Virus record (IMG/VR): IMGVR_UViG_3300012347_000058
Coordinates: 1-36,672 of that record
DNA length: 36,672 nucleotides
Source of the DNA: a virus
Lineage: Duplodnaviria; Caudoviricetes
Reading direction: 5' to 3' (one strand)
Part shown: piece after piece, positions 27,262 to 34,598 of the stretch
How positions within the stretch are numbered: the stretch's first letter is position 1
How the letters are laid out: each line of letters opens with the position of its first letter
Translations under genes and position numbers: made by a program
The notes under the pieces: generated by a model
What the model was told of the DNA's origin: nothing
The model's database searches: none
Seen by the model: only the letters and a program-made list of their open reading frames with translations

Positions 27262-27948
27262 GTGCCAATTGGAACTGCGTTATTCGCGGCGACAACGGCT
27301 TTTCAGTTAGTCAAAGATGGCTGCGCTCTTTACAAAGAAGTGAAGGGTGTAGCTGGCAATGTAAAGCAAATCTATGATGAAATTTCTGGGCAGTTTGCTG
27401 GCAAGACGGTTACTAAGGAACAAGCTAAAAAGATTGAGGCTGAGAAGGCGCGTGTTCAAGAGGTAGCAAAGACCGACCCTGACCAAGTTATTTTCAAGAT
27501 TGGCGATAACCTTGGTGAAATGTTTGATGCGTTTGACAGGCTTGAAGAACTTTTCTGGGAACAGGAACGAGAAGCCAAGAAGGTTCAAGCGCCTGGCACT
27601 TCGTTAAAGCGAATGGCTTTGAGGCGCATCATGGTGCGTCAAAAGCTGTTGGCTATGCAAGTGGAGCTGCGGGAACAGATGGTTTATCACAGCCCACCTG
27701 AGTTGGGTGCTTTGTGGTCGCAGTTTGAGGAAATGCGTGAGCAAATAGAAGAAGAACAAAGGCTGGCGCGTGAGAAGCAGGCAAAAGAAGATGCGGCTTT
27801 GCTTAGAGAAAAAGAGCTGATGATGCGTGAGGTTGCAGAAAAGTCAATTGATGCTGGTGTTGCTTTGGTTGGTTTGATTTTTTTGGGATGGTTGTTGTGG
27901 CAAGTAAAAAACCAAGCGATTCAACGAGCGTCTTTTTGGCACACCTGA
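27262..27948 (+). CDS. Coiled-coil protein with C-terminal membrane anchor
   Basis: 228 aa with GTG start; AGVALVGLIFLGWLLW TM segment. Confidence 0.65.
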   Translation: MPIGTALFAATTAFQLVKDGCALYKEVKGVAGNVKQIYDEISGQFAGKTVTKEQAKKIEAEKARVQEVAKTDPDQVIFKIGDNLGEMFDAFDRLEELFWEQEREAKKVQAPGTSLKRMALRRIMVRQKLLAMQVELREQMVYHSPPELGALWSQFEEMREQIEEEQRLAREKQAKEDAALLREKELMMREVAEKSIDAGVALVGLIFLGWLLWQVKNQAIQRASFWHT

Positions 27949-28085
27949 TTGTGTTGGTTGTGCTAATTGTGGTGTTTGCTCTGTCTTTTATGGCCTATGT
28001 GGAAACGCTGTGGATGAAGACGGAAATCAGAAAAGAAGCCCGTGAACTACGGAAATTGAAAGAAGAACTTAGAAAGGAAAAATGA
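27888..28085 (+). CDS. Small single-TM protein
   Basis: VFLAHLIVLVVLIVVFALSFMAY followed by a basic coiled coil. Confidence 0.55.
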   Translation: MVVVASKKPSDSTSVFLAHLIVLVVLIVVFALSFMAYVETLWMKTEIRKEARELRKLKEELRKEK

Positions 28086-28336
28086 TGGATGAAACGCATA
28101 AACAAAAGTGGACCTATTTGATGGGTGTTACTTACATGGTGGTAAACATTGCCGACTTTGTATTGTTTCCTGTCATGTTCACCATTGTTCAATTCTGGGA
28201 AACACAAGCAGCTAATGATGCGTTTCGCCAATGGGTTCCGCTTACGCTAACAAATGGTGGTTTTATTCACATTGCGTTTGCCGCAATCTTGGGCATTTCT
28301 GCTTTTAACAAAGAAGAAAAAAAGCCTGATGCGTAA
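28082..28336 (+). CDS. Holin-like protein (two TM segments)
   Basis: Two hydrophobic segments, GGFIHIAFAAILGISA, charged C-terminus; Met-Met start. Confidence 0.6.
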   Translation: MMDETHKQKWTYLMGVTYMVVNIADFVLFPVMFTIVQFWETQAANDAFRQWVPLTLTNGGFIHIAFAAILGISAFNKEEKKPDA

Positions 28337-28715
28337 TATTGCCGTTTTTGTTTTGGTCTTGGTTGGCGCGTTTTACGCTGGACACCATCAAGCCTATCTT
28401 GAACAGCAAGAGGAAATTAACCGCATTGTTGCTGAACGCGCAATCGAGGCGGCAAAGGCTGCTGACGAACTTCACAAGGACAAAGAAAATGCCAAACAAA
28501 AAATTAACCAGCTTCGCGCTGATGTTGCTGCTGGCGCTGTCAGGTTGTCAGTCCGTTCCAGTTGCTCTGCCACCACTGCCGCAGGAGATACAGAAGCGCG
28601 AACCGAACTTGACCCAAAGACTGCTGACGACCTTATCGCCATCACAGCAGACGGTGACCAAGCCATAATTGAATTGAATTCTTGCATTGACCTTTACAAC
28701 AAGTTTACAAAATGA
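28329..28715 (+). CDS. Rz: i-spanin
   Basis: Start MRNIAVFVLVLVGAFYAG (ATG 28329); LRADVAAGAVRLSV and GDQAI..LN.C. Confidence 0.88.
   Translation: MRNIAVFVLVLVGAFYAGHHQAYLEQQEEINRIVAERAIEAAKAADELHKDKENAKQKINQLRADVAAGAVRLSVRSSCSATTAAGDTEARTELDPKTADDLIAITADGDQAIIELNSCIDLYNKFTK
28489..28668 (+). CDS. Rz1: o-spanin lipoprotein embedded in Rz (+1 frame)
   Basis: MPNKKLTSFALMLLLALSGC lipobox, then Pro-rich PVALPPLP. Confidence 0.85.
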   Translation: MPNKKLTSFALMLLLALSGCQSVPVALPPLPQEIQKREPNLTQRLLTTLSPSQQTVTKP

Positions 28716-29116
28716 AAATAAAACGCGGCGCGGTCAGGAACGATGGGTTTAGATTCAACGGATATGGTGCATCGGGTAAAGAACATTGGTTAAGCCCAAA
28801 AATATTTGACGACATCAACGCAAAGCATCAAATACTGCGATGGAAAAATAAAATTAAAGTGATTGCGGCTTATGGCGGAGGATGCGCTAATTGCGGAGAA
28901 AAAGACCCCCGTGTACTGAACGTAGACCATGTTGAAAACGATGGAAAAAATCATGTAGGGTCTACAGGTAGAAGAGTCACCGGTAATTCTCTATACTCTT
29001 ACCTAATCAAAGAAAATTTTCCAGCGCATCGTTTTCAAATTTTGTGCGCAAACTGTAATCAACGCAAGGAATGGCTCCGTCGTGGGGCATATTATGAGGA
29101 AATGCAATGCAATTAA
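28712..29116 (+). CDS. HNH endonuclease
   Basis: CANCGE, LNVDHVENDG and QILCANCN. Confidence 0.85.
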   Translation: MKIKRGAVRNDGFRFNGYGASGKEHWLSPKIFDDINAKHQILRWKNKIKVIAAYGGGCANCGEKDPRVLNVDHVENDGKNHVGSTGRRVTGNSLYSYLIKENFPAHRFQILCANCNQRKEWLRRGAYYEEMQCN

Positions 29117-29556
29117 GCGCACACTTTACCCTTGAAGAAGCCACTTACAGCGAAACCGCTGTTCGTATGCACATTGACAACCAGCCAAGCGAAAAGCAGC
29201 TTCAAAACATGAAGATTGCCGCTGAACACCTTGAATTGGTGCGTGAATTGTCTGGTCCTATGCGTGTAAATTCTTGGTTGCGTCTGCCAGCCGTGAATGA
29301 AGCCGTGGGCGGTTCAAAGATTTCTAGCCACATGGATGGTTGGGCTATTGACTGTTCATCGTCTACACACACGCCTTACGAGTTGTGCCAAATTGTTAAA
29401 AATGCTGGCATCAAGTTTGACCAGATGATTCACGAATATGGTCGCTGGATGCACATTTCGTTTGCGCCTGAGATGCGTCAGCAAGAATTGACCATTTTTA
29501 AGCCTGAAGGCAAGTACAAGCCTGGCATCCTGACAGAAGCCGAATACCACGCTTAA
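29107..29556 (+). CDS. Endolysin, peptidase M15 family
   Basis: LSAHFTLEE, NEAVGGS..SSHMDGWAID and WMHISF zinc-binding motifs. Confidence 0.9.
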   Translation: MQLSAHFTLEEATYSETAVRMHIDNQPSEKQLQNMKIAAEHLELVRELSGPMRVNSWLRLPAVNEAVGGSKISSHMDGWAIDCSSSTHTPYELCQIVKNAGIKFDQMIHEYGRWMHISFAPEMRQQELTIFKPEGKYKPGILTEAEYHA

Positions 29557-29657
29557 TTGTCAAGCGCAACCATCAATGCGGCGACAAGCGCAAACACTCC
29601 AACAAAGAGTATTGCGCCGCCCAACAGGATGGCTGAAAGAACGGCAATATTATCCAT
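29553..29657 (-). CDS. 34 aa single-TM peptide
   Basis: Manual translation MDNIAVLSAILLGGAILFVGVFALVAALMVALDN*; aaggag RBS. Confidence 0.6.
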   Translation of the reverse strand: MDNIAVLSAILLGGAILFVGVFALVAALMVALDN

Positions 29658-29850
29658 GTCGATGCTCCTTTGCTTCGCCTAGAGTTTGGAAGTATTCGTC
29701 ACACACCTTGCAATGCCAAAGCCTTTGTTCTTTGACCCTTGCAAGGCGTTCCTGACGACCCATCCAGCCTTCAATTACTCTTGAATCGCCCCGATAACTT
29801 GTCACGGATTCTAAATTCCGTGGCAATTTTTGATTGATTAAGTTCTTCAT
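29650..29850 (-). CDS. Small protein with a C2H2-like zinc finger; start uncertain
   Basis: WHCKVCDEYFQTLGEAKEHRH. Confidence 0.5.
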   Translation of the reverse strand: MKNLINQKLPRNLESVTSYRGDSRVIEGWMGRQERLARVKEQRLWHCKVCDEYFQTLGEAKEHRHG

Positions 29851-30004
29851 GCGTTTTCAAAAAATAGTCTAGGCTTGTATTTTCTAACGCAATTCTTACT
29901 GTTTTCAATCCGACAACGCGATTAGGTTTTTTTTCCTGTGTTTCCCACTTGGGCCACGGGGCGTTCGGTGCTAGTACGGTCTTCAATACGTTTGAATTCT
30001 TCAT
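29771..30004 (-). CDS. Hypothetical protein
   Basis: Likely start MKNSNVLK at 30004; LAPNAPWP motif. Confidence 0.5.
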   Translation of the reverse strand: MKNSNVLKTVLAPNAPWPKWETQEKKPNRVVGLKTVRIALENTSLDYFLKTHEELNQSKIATEFRIRDKLSGRFKSN

Positions 30005-30098
30005 CTTCTTCTGTTGTCCATTGAATGTTGTCGTAACCGCTTGACCACTTCTTGTGGTCTGTTGGGCGCTGATTTGAGCCTTTGCCGCCATCGTTCAT
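29922..30098 (-). CDS. 58 aa hypothetical protein
   Basis: Manual translation MNDGGKGSNQRPTDHKKWSSGYDNIQW...; ATGA-coupled to the upstream gene; GKGS..RP...YD.I motif seen in small phage proteins. Confidence 0.6.
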   Translation of the reverse strand: MNDGGKGSNQRPTDHKKWSSGYDNIQWTTEEDEEFKRIEDRTSTERPVAQVGNTGKKT

Positions 30099-30343
30099 TT
30101 TTTCCCCTTTGGCATCCCTGCCCGTGAATAAATTAAAAACTCGGTTGGTGCTATTGATACGCGCTTGGTCTTTGGGAACGCTGTGATTGTGTTGACTGAC
30201 TTGCCATCACTTTCACGGGTAGCGCGTGACTTTGCACCAAACTTCTCGCCATTTAACTTTGCCGCAGATTCTGAGCGAATCGTTGACATAAATTCTGGCA
30301 TATACGTTGAAACGTAATCAGGGTGAAACGCATTAACAAACAT
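30095..30343 (-). CDS. Hypothetical protein
   Basis: 82 aa ORF in the leftward operon (ATG at 30343). Confidence 0.55.
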   Translation of the reverse strand: MFVNAFHPDYVSTYMPEFMSTIRSESAAKLNGEKFGAKSRATRESDGKSVNTITAFPKTKRVSIAPTEFLIYSRAGMPKGKK

Positions 30344-30385
30344 CAATCATCCAATCAACTAAAAAACCAATAATAAACAAAGTAA

Positions 30386-30715
30386 TCACAGCGTTTTTCC
30401 AATCTCTGCTGCTGCTCTTACGATTGCTCGGCGGGTTGCTGCATATGAGTCGTCATTCTCAGGTTCCCATAAACAACATTGAGCAGTCCCATCTTTCCAA
30501 GCAACAGCCCTTGATGGAACAATCGTGTCTTTTAGTAGAACAAGCTCCATCTTCAACTTCACAGCCAGCCGCAACGCATCGCCATCATCTGTTAGTGGAT
30601 GCCAATTACTGATGAAATCTTCATCTGCTTTTACGCCATTACCAAGCTGAATCATCCACTTTAATTTAATTCCAGCCGCTTTAGCAGCCAGCTCTAGCAG
30701 TTCTTTGTCAGTCAT
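30386..30715 (-). CDS. Conserved phage hypothetical protein
   Basis: MTDKELLELAAKAAG, WHPLTDDGDALRLAVKL and ATRRAIVRAAAEIG. Confidence 0.8.
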   Translation of the reverse strand: MTDKELLELAAKAAGIKLKWMIQLGNGVKADEDFISNWHPLTDDGDALRLAVKLKMELVLLKDTIVPSRAVAWKDGTAQCCLWEPENDDSYAATRRAIVRAAAEIGKTL

Positions 30716-31014
30716 ATCAATTCCTGCTGAACTGGCTTGAAGCGCCATTCACGTTCTTGCCTGCCACTGTTTGATTTGACGGTGATGCCTGTCTGTTCTA
30801 TCAAATCCATCTTTTCTAACTCACTCAATCGTCTTGCCACTTGGTTGCTTTGCAAGCCTGTCTGGTTAGCAATGCCATCTTTACCCATTGGGCCAAACTT
30901 TTGAAGTGCGGCAAAGATGACTTCTTGGTGCATCTTGGCTACGTCTTTGATTGAATCAGCCGCTTGAAAGCTGGTGATTGCGTCTGTTGCTCTTGCTCTG
31001 AAAAATTTAAACAT
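30712..31014 (-). CDS. Winged-HTH DNA-binding protein
   Basis: RARATD..TS..AA N-terminus, then IANQTGLQSNQVARRLSELE and SGRQEREW. Confidence 0.75.
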   Translation of the reverse strand: MFKFFRARATDAITSFQAADSIKDVAKMHQEVIFAALQKFGPMGKDGIANQTGLQSNQVARRLSELEKMDLIEQTGITVKSNSGRQEREWRFKPVQQELI

Positions 31015-31035
31015 ATTCGTTCCTATGCAAATGGG

Positions 31036-31124
31036 TGGGGTTACTGGCTACTTCTATCAGGGCATCACCGCATGAACTAAATTACTTGGCTGTGCGTTAT
31101 CTAATAGCATCCGCTTTCACCCCA
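31036..31124 (-). ncRNA. Candidate structured RNA (long hairpin with a loop-E-like motif)
   Basis: UGGGGU/ACCCCA stem, GAA opposite AGUA, CUAUUAG/CUGAUAG and CGCA/UGCG stems; fills the intergenic gap. Confidence 0.5.
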
Positions 31125-31129
31125 AAATC

Positions 31130-31384
31130 TTAGAAATTTAAATCATCGTCTGGGAAACCATCATTTGACTTCTTTTCAGGAACAAACTTCTGGTCGCCTT
31201 CGCGTGGCTCAAACAGGTAAGCCCAACCAGACCAGCCACCTTCAACCAAAGGCATTTGGTCAAGTTTGAGCATCTGACCCTTCTTGGTTTCAATGACGCT
31301 ACCAATGCGCTGGTAACGCACCTTTTCTTGACCGTCTTTTTGGTATGTGCCAGCGCGGACAGTCACTTCATAAATTGTTGCCAT
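31130..31384 (-). CDS. Putative single-stranded DNA-binding protein
   Basis: Beta-rich small protein with acidic tail DDDLNF; downstream of ERF and the exonuclease. Confidence 0.7.
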   Translation of the reverse strand: MATIYEVTVRAGTYQKDGQEKVRYQRIGSVIETKKGQMLKLDQMPLVEGGWSGWAYLFEPREGDQKFVPEKKSNDGFPDDDLNF

Positions 31385-31393
31385 TTTGTTTCC

Positions 31394-32023
31394 TTACTTT
31401 AAATGTTCATCTGAGATTTGTTTTACGATTTTGTCGTAATACTTACGCGCTTCATCGACCTTGAATTTTATTTTGTCTTCAAGGGCTTTGTCGCGTGTGT
31501 AGTTAAGCAACGTAACGCGCAATTCTGGCGCTATGTGTTCAACCTGGTGCAATGCCTTATCTTCAAACCCAACCAAGTGGTCAGGCGTGTTTACAAGGCA
31601 ATAAGCAATCTGTGCTTGGTCTAAGTCCCAAAGCATCATGTAAGCCCGTAGCTGCCATTCATAGGTTTTGTTTTCACCTTCTGACGAAAGGCATGGGAAC
31701 GTCACCAATGACCAGCTAGATTTAATGTCAATGATTGAGTTAGGCGTAACAATGTCTGCTTCGCCAGTTAACCATTCATTTGTTTTACGCTCTGTGTTCT
31801 TCTTGTAGTCTGTGAACAATACAGAGTTAAGTAACTCAATAGAACGGTCTTCAGACAAAATGCCTTTTTCCGTGTATTTGCTTGAAAAACGTTCGTCATA
31901 GCCATAAACAAACTCTTTGGCTTGCTTAGTGATAGCTGTCTTGGCTCCAACCGACAAAGTTTCATCTTTGCCTTTTGGGTCTGTCATGATTTCAGCAAGT
32001 GAGCTGGCGCGAATTTTAAGCAT
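31394..32023 (-). CDS. Phage exonuclease (YqaJ/lambda-exo-like)
   Basis: Start MLKIRASSL at 32023; KG...E, LTGEAD, IDIKSSW and YEWQLRAYM. Confidence 0.85.
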   Translation of the reverse strand: MLKIRASSLAEIMTDPKGKDETLSVGAKTAITKQAKEFVYGYDERFSSKYTEKGILSEDRSIELLNSVLFTDYKKNTERKTNEWLTGEADIVTPNSIIDIKSSWSLVTFPCLSSEGENKTYEWQLRAYMMLWDLDQAQIAYCLVNTPDHLVGFEDKALHQVEHIAPELRVTLLNYTRDKALEDKIKFKVDEARKYYDKIVKQISDEHLK

Positions 32024-32546
32024 TTGCAAGTGCCTCAATAACTTGTTTATCTTGTGCTGGCGTAAGCGTGAATGTTTCACGCAGCTTTTCTGTGGTGTAT
32101 TGACCAGCAAGAATCTTGTCAATTGCACCTTGCAAACGTTTGGCGTCTAGCGTTGGCTTTTCTTCTTTAACAGGGCGTGAGGCTTTGTTGCCATCATCAT
32201 CTTCAGGCGCAATACCGCAAGCCGCCATCAAGCTGTAACGTCTGGCGTATGTCAGCGCAGAAGCGTAACCCTGTGGGTCTTTCTTAACCGCAGGAAAGTG
32301 AACAATGCCACATTCCAGCATTTCGCCTGATTCATGGACAAAAACTGTTTCGCACATGATTCCATCGGCGCAGTCGTAGTTCTTTTGCAAAAGGAAAATG
32401 CCGTTGTTGTTAAGCGCGTCAATCACAGCTTCAACGCAAGCTGACAGGTCAGCATACTTTGAGCGAAAGTGTGGATTTGTAGAAGTCTTGAGTGCAGGGC
32501 CAAAGGCTTTTTGTGCTTTAACCAAAGCTGATGCAATGTTTTTCAT
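32016..32546 (-). CDS. erf: ERF-family ssDNA annealing protein
   Basis: NPHFRSKYADL, HESGE, QGYASALTYARRYSL...GIAPEDDDG. Confidence 0.95.
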   Translation of the reverse strand: MKNIASALVKAQKAFGPALKTSTNPHFRSKYADLSACVEAVIDALNNNGIFLLQKNYDCADGIMCETVFVHESGEMLECGIVHFPAVKKDPQGYASALTYARRYSLMAACGIAPEDDDGNKASRPVKEEKPTLDAKRLQGAIDKILAGQYTTEKLRETFTLTPAQDKQVIEALANA

Positions 32547-32548
32547 GT

Positions 32549-32755
32549 TTATGCTCCAAATGCCAACATTGCCACGACAAAGCCAGCGGCAAACGAATAG
32601 ACAATGTTTAAATATTTATCGTAGTCAGCTTGGTGCTGCTCCATCCAATCACCCTGTTGAAGGCGTTGAATGTCCTCTACGTTAGAAGGGAACGCTTCAT
32701 CCAAAGTGCGTGGAAATGTGCGTGTGGTGTCGTTGAGTTGAGATTTCATTTTCAT
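32549..32755 (-). CDS. Small protein with C-terminal TM segment
   Basis: TTRTFPRTLDEAF motif and IVYSFAAGFVVAMLAFG. Confidence 0.65.
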   Translation of the reverse strand: MKMKSQLNDTTRTFPRTLDEAFPSNVEDIQRLQQGDWMEQHQADYDKYLNIVYSFAAGFVVAMLAFGA

Positions 32756-32760
32756 GTTGT

Positions 32761-32907
32761 TCAACCTTGAAAAATTTGGCAATGTGTTCCACGTTTCACC
32801 ATAAGTGAAATAAACCCAAGTGCTTTTGTGATTGAAGTGAATTCAATGCGTGACCAATCGCTTTGAATGCCTGTTGTGTTGAACTCAACAATGTATGTTT
32901 GTTTCAT
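32761..32907 (-). CDS. 48 aa first gene of the leftward operon
   Basis: MKQTYIVEF...; taggaaac RBS. Confidence 0.6.
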   Translation of the reverse strand: MKQTYIVEFNTTGIQSDWSRIEFTSITKALGFISLMVKRGTHCQIFQG

Positions 32908-32944
32908 ATTGTTTCCTAAGTTACCGTTTGCGTTGCGCTGCGGG

Positions 32945-32985
32945 ATGAATGAACTATAGCAAACTAGACAGCAAAAAACCAACAA
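32945..32985 (-). promoter_or_regulatory. Leftward early promoter
   Basis: Minus-strand TGCTATAGT (extended -10) with a T-rich upstream region. Confidence 0.5.
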
Positions 32986-33008
32986 ATCAAAAAATATTTT
33001 TCTATGTG

Positions 33009-33037
33009 TTGTATTTTTGTCAATTTATCTATACACT
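33009..33037 (+). promoter_or_regulatory. Rightward early promoter
   Basis: TTGTAT (33009-14), 17 nt, TACACT (33032-37). Confidence 0.55.
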
Positions 33038-33043
33038 TCAGTC

Positions 33044-33211
33044 ATGGACATTCAAACAATTATCAACAAGGTAGGCTCACAGAGTGAGCTTGCAAGGCTT
33101 CTTGGCGTAAGCCGTGGGGCTGTGTGGCTGTGGAAGCGTGATGGAATTCCTCAGTCTCGCGTCTGGCAGCTTCAGGCGCTACATCCAAAACTTTTTAAGG
33201 AACTCAAGTGA
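33044..33211 (+). CDS. cro: Cro-like HTH regulator
   Basis: GSQSELARLLGVSRGAVWLW...IP..R..QL. Confidence 0.88.
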   Translation: MDIQTIINKVGSQSELARLLGVSRGAVWLWKRDGIPQSRVWQLQALHPKLFKELK

Positions 33212-33513
33212 GCTTTTCAGAATTAGAACTAGACGTTATCCGTTGGTCGGAAGCTAGAAAAATTATCCCAAATAGCACACCGCTTGCCCAAGCGTTTAAA
33301 GCTGTTGAGGAAATCAACGAATTAGTTGATGCGTTGCGTGATGACAACAAACTAGAAGCAATAGATGCCGTGGGAGATGCCACCGTCTGTTTGCTTAACG
33401 TCTGCGCTTTGATGGATGTGAATTTTACAGATTGCTTACAAGCTGCCTATGAGCAAATCAAAGACCGCCGAGGCTACATGAACGCTGAAGGCATTTTTGT
33501 GAAGGAATCCTGA
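33208..33513 (+). CDS. mazG: MazG-like nucleotide pyrophosphohydrolase
   Basis: EEINEL...DAVGD..V.L and CL..AY..IKDR.G...G.FVKE. Confidence 0.85.
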   Translation: MSFSELELDVIRWSEARKIIPNSTPLAQAFKAVEEINELVDALRDDNKLEAIDAVGDATVCLLNVCALMDVNFTDCLQAAYEQIKDRRGYMNAEGIFVKES

Positions 33514-33662
33514 TGGGTGAATTTATCGCTTTGCTGTGTGGCTTTGCTTGGCTTACCCACATCTTCACTTGTTTTGCACAAGGCTTCTGGGGCTTCTTGG
33601 TAGCTGGCGCTATCTTTTTTCCAATCGGCATCCTTCACGGGTTTTACCTTTGGTTTAACTGA
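33513..33662 (+). CDS. 49 aa membrane protein
   Basis: Manual translation MGEFIALLCGFAWLTHIFTCFAQGFWGFLVAGAIFFPIGILHGFYLWFN*; TGATG coupling. Confidence 0.7.
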   Translation: MGEFIALLCGFAWLTHIFTCFAQGFWGFLVAGAIFFPIGILHGFYLWFN

Positions 33663-33688
33663 TGTTCCATTTTCTTGTTATCGTTATC

Positions 33689-33716
33689 TTGATTTTGATT
33701 CTTCTCAAGATATAAT
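33689..33716 (+). promoter_or_regulatory. Promoter upstream of the replication gene
   Basis: TTGATT, 16 nt, perfect TATAAT (33711-16). Confidence 0.55.
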
Positions 33717-33721
33717 TTTGT

Positions 33722-33787
33722 GAAACAGGGCTAGGTACGAAGTCATGAGCGTACCGAAAAGCGAGTCTCCCCGCCTGCCTGCGTTTC
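33722..33787 (+). ncRNA. Candidate three-way-junction leader RNA
   Basis: GGGC-UA-GGUACG(loop)CGUACC-GAAAA-GCG(loop)CGC-CU-GCCU. Confidence 0.5.
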
Positions 33788-33815
33788 TTTTCAGTGGAGA
33801 ACAGCGGAAGAAATC

Positions 33816-34598
33816 ATGCACTACTACACATTCAATGTGGGTGACTATCGCAAAGATACAGGTCACCTTTCAACTCTTGAACACGGCATCTATCGCCAAT
33901 TGCTAGATTGGTATTACTTAGATGAAAAACCTATCCCACAAGAAACCCAAGTGGTTTTGCGTAGGTTACGTTTGGGTTCTGATTCGGATATATCAGCCTT
34001 ACAAAATGTACTTACAGACTTTTTTGTTTTGCAATCTGATGGCTATCACCAAACTCGTTGCGATGCCGATATTGCTGCTTATCATTCAAAGGCAGAAGTC
34101 AACAAAATCAATGGGAAGCTAGGTGGAAGGCCTAAGAAAACCCAAGTGGTTTTAGTTGGGTTGCCAGATGAAACCCAAAATAACCCTAACCAAGAACCAA
34201 TAACCAAGAACCAAGAACCAAAGGTAAAGACGCAGCGCGGGTCGCGCTTGCCTACCGATTGGATTTGTGAAAATTCTTGGGCTGAATGGGCAAGGAAAGA
34301 AAGACCAGACTTAAACATAACTAAGGTGGCTGAATCTTTTTATGACTACTGGATTGCAAAGCCTGGCGCTGGCGGTGTGAAACTTAATTGGGAAGCAACT
34401 TGGCGCAATTGGGTTCGTAGTCAGTCTGCGCCTAAACAACAGTTTGCCAATAAATACGATGTGGCTCACGTTACAACGCCACCACCGCCAAACCAAGACG
34501 CTGCTTTGCGGAAGATTGAAGAAGATAGAAAACGGGCTGTGCCACCATCATTGGAGACATTGGCTAAATTGGCAGAATTACGAAAGCAGGTGGTATGA
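33816..34598 (+). CDS. YdaU/DUF1376-family replication initiator
   Basis: YY.F.VGDY..DT.HLS.LEHGIYR.LLD.YY, NGKLGGRP and WEATWRNW. Confidence 0.88.
   Translation: MHYYTFNVGDYRKDTGHLSTLEHGIYRQLLDWYYLDEKPIPQETQVVLRRLRLGSDSDISALQNVLTDFFVLQSDGYHQTRCDADIAAYHSKAEVNKINGKLGGRPKKTQVVLVGLPDETQNNPNQEPITKNQEPKVKTQRGSRLPTDWICENSWAEWARKERPDLNITKVAESFYDYWIAKPGAGGVKLNWEATWRNWVRSQSAPKQQFANKYDVAHVTTPPPPNQDAALRKIEEDRKRAVPPSLETLAKLAELRKQVV
34135..34221 (+). repeat. Iteron-like repeats, putative origin of replication
   Basis: aaacccaagtggtttt (also near 33943), gaaacccaa and tandem aaccaag/aaccaat units. Confidence 0.55.

Noticed and set aside
31036-31124. Possible tRNA
   Set aside because: No TTC-containing T-loop or cloverleaf; folds as one long hairpin
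33740-33762. CATGAG...GAAA as a possible hammerhead ribozyme
   Set aside because: Lacks the CUGANGA core, and the stem arrangement does not fit
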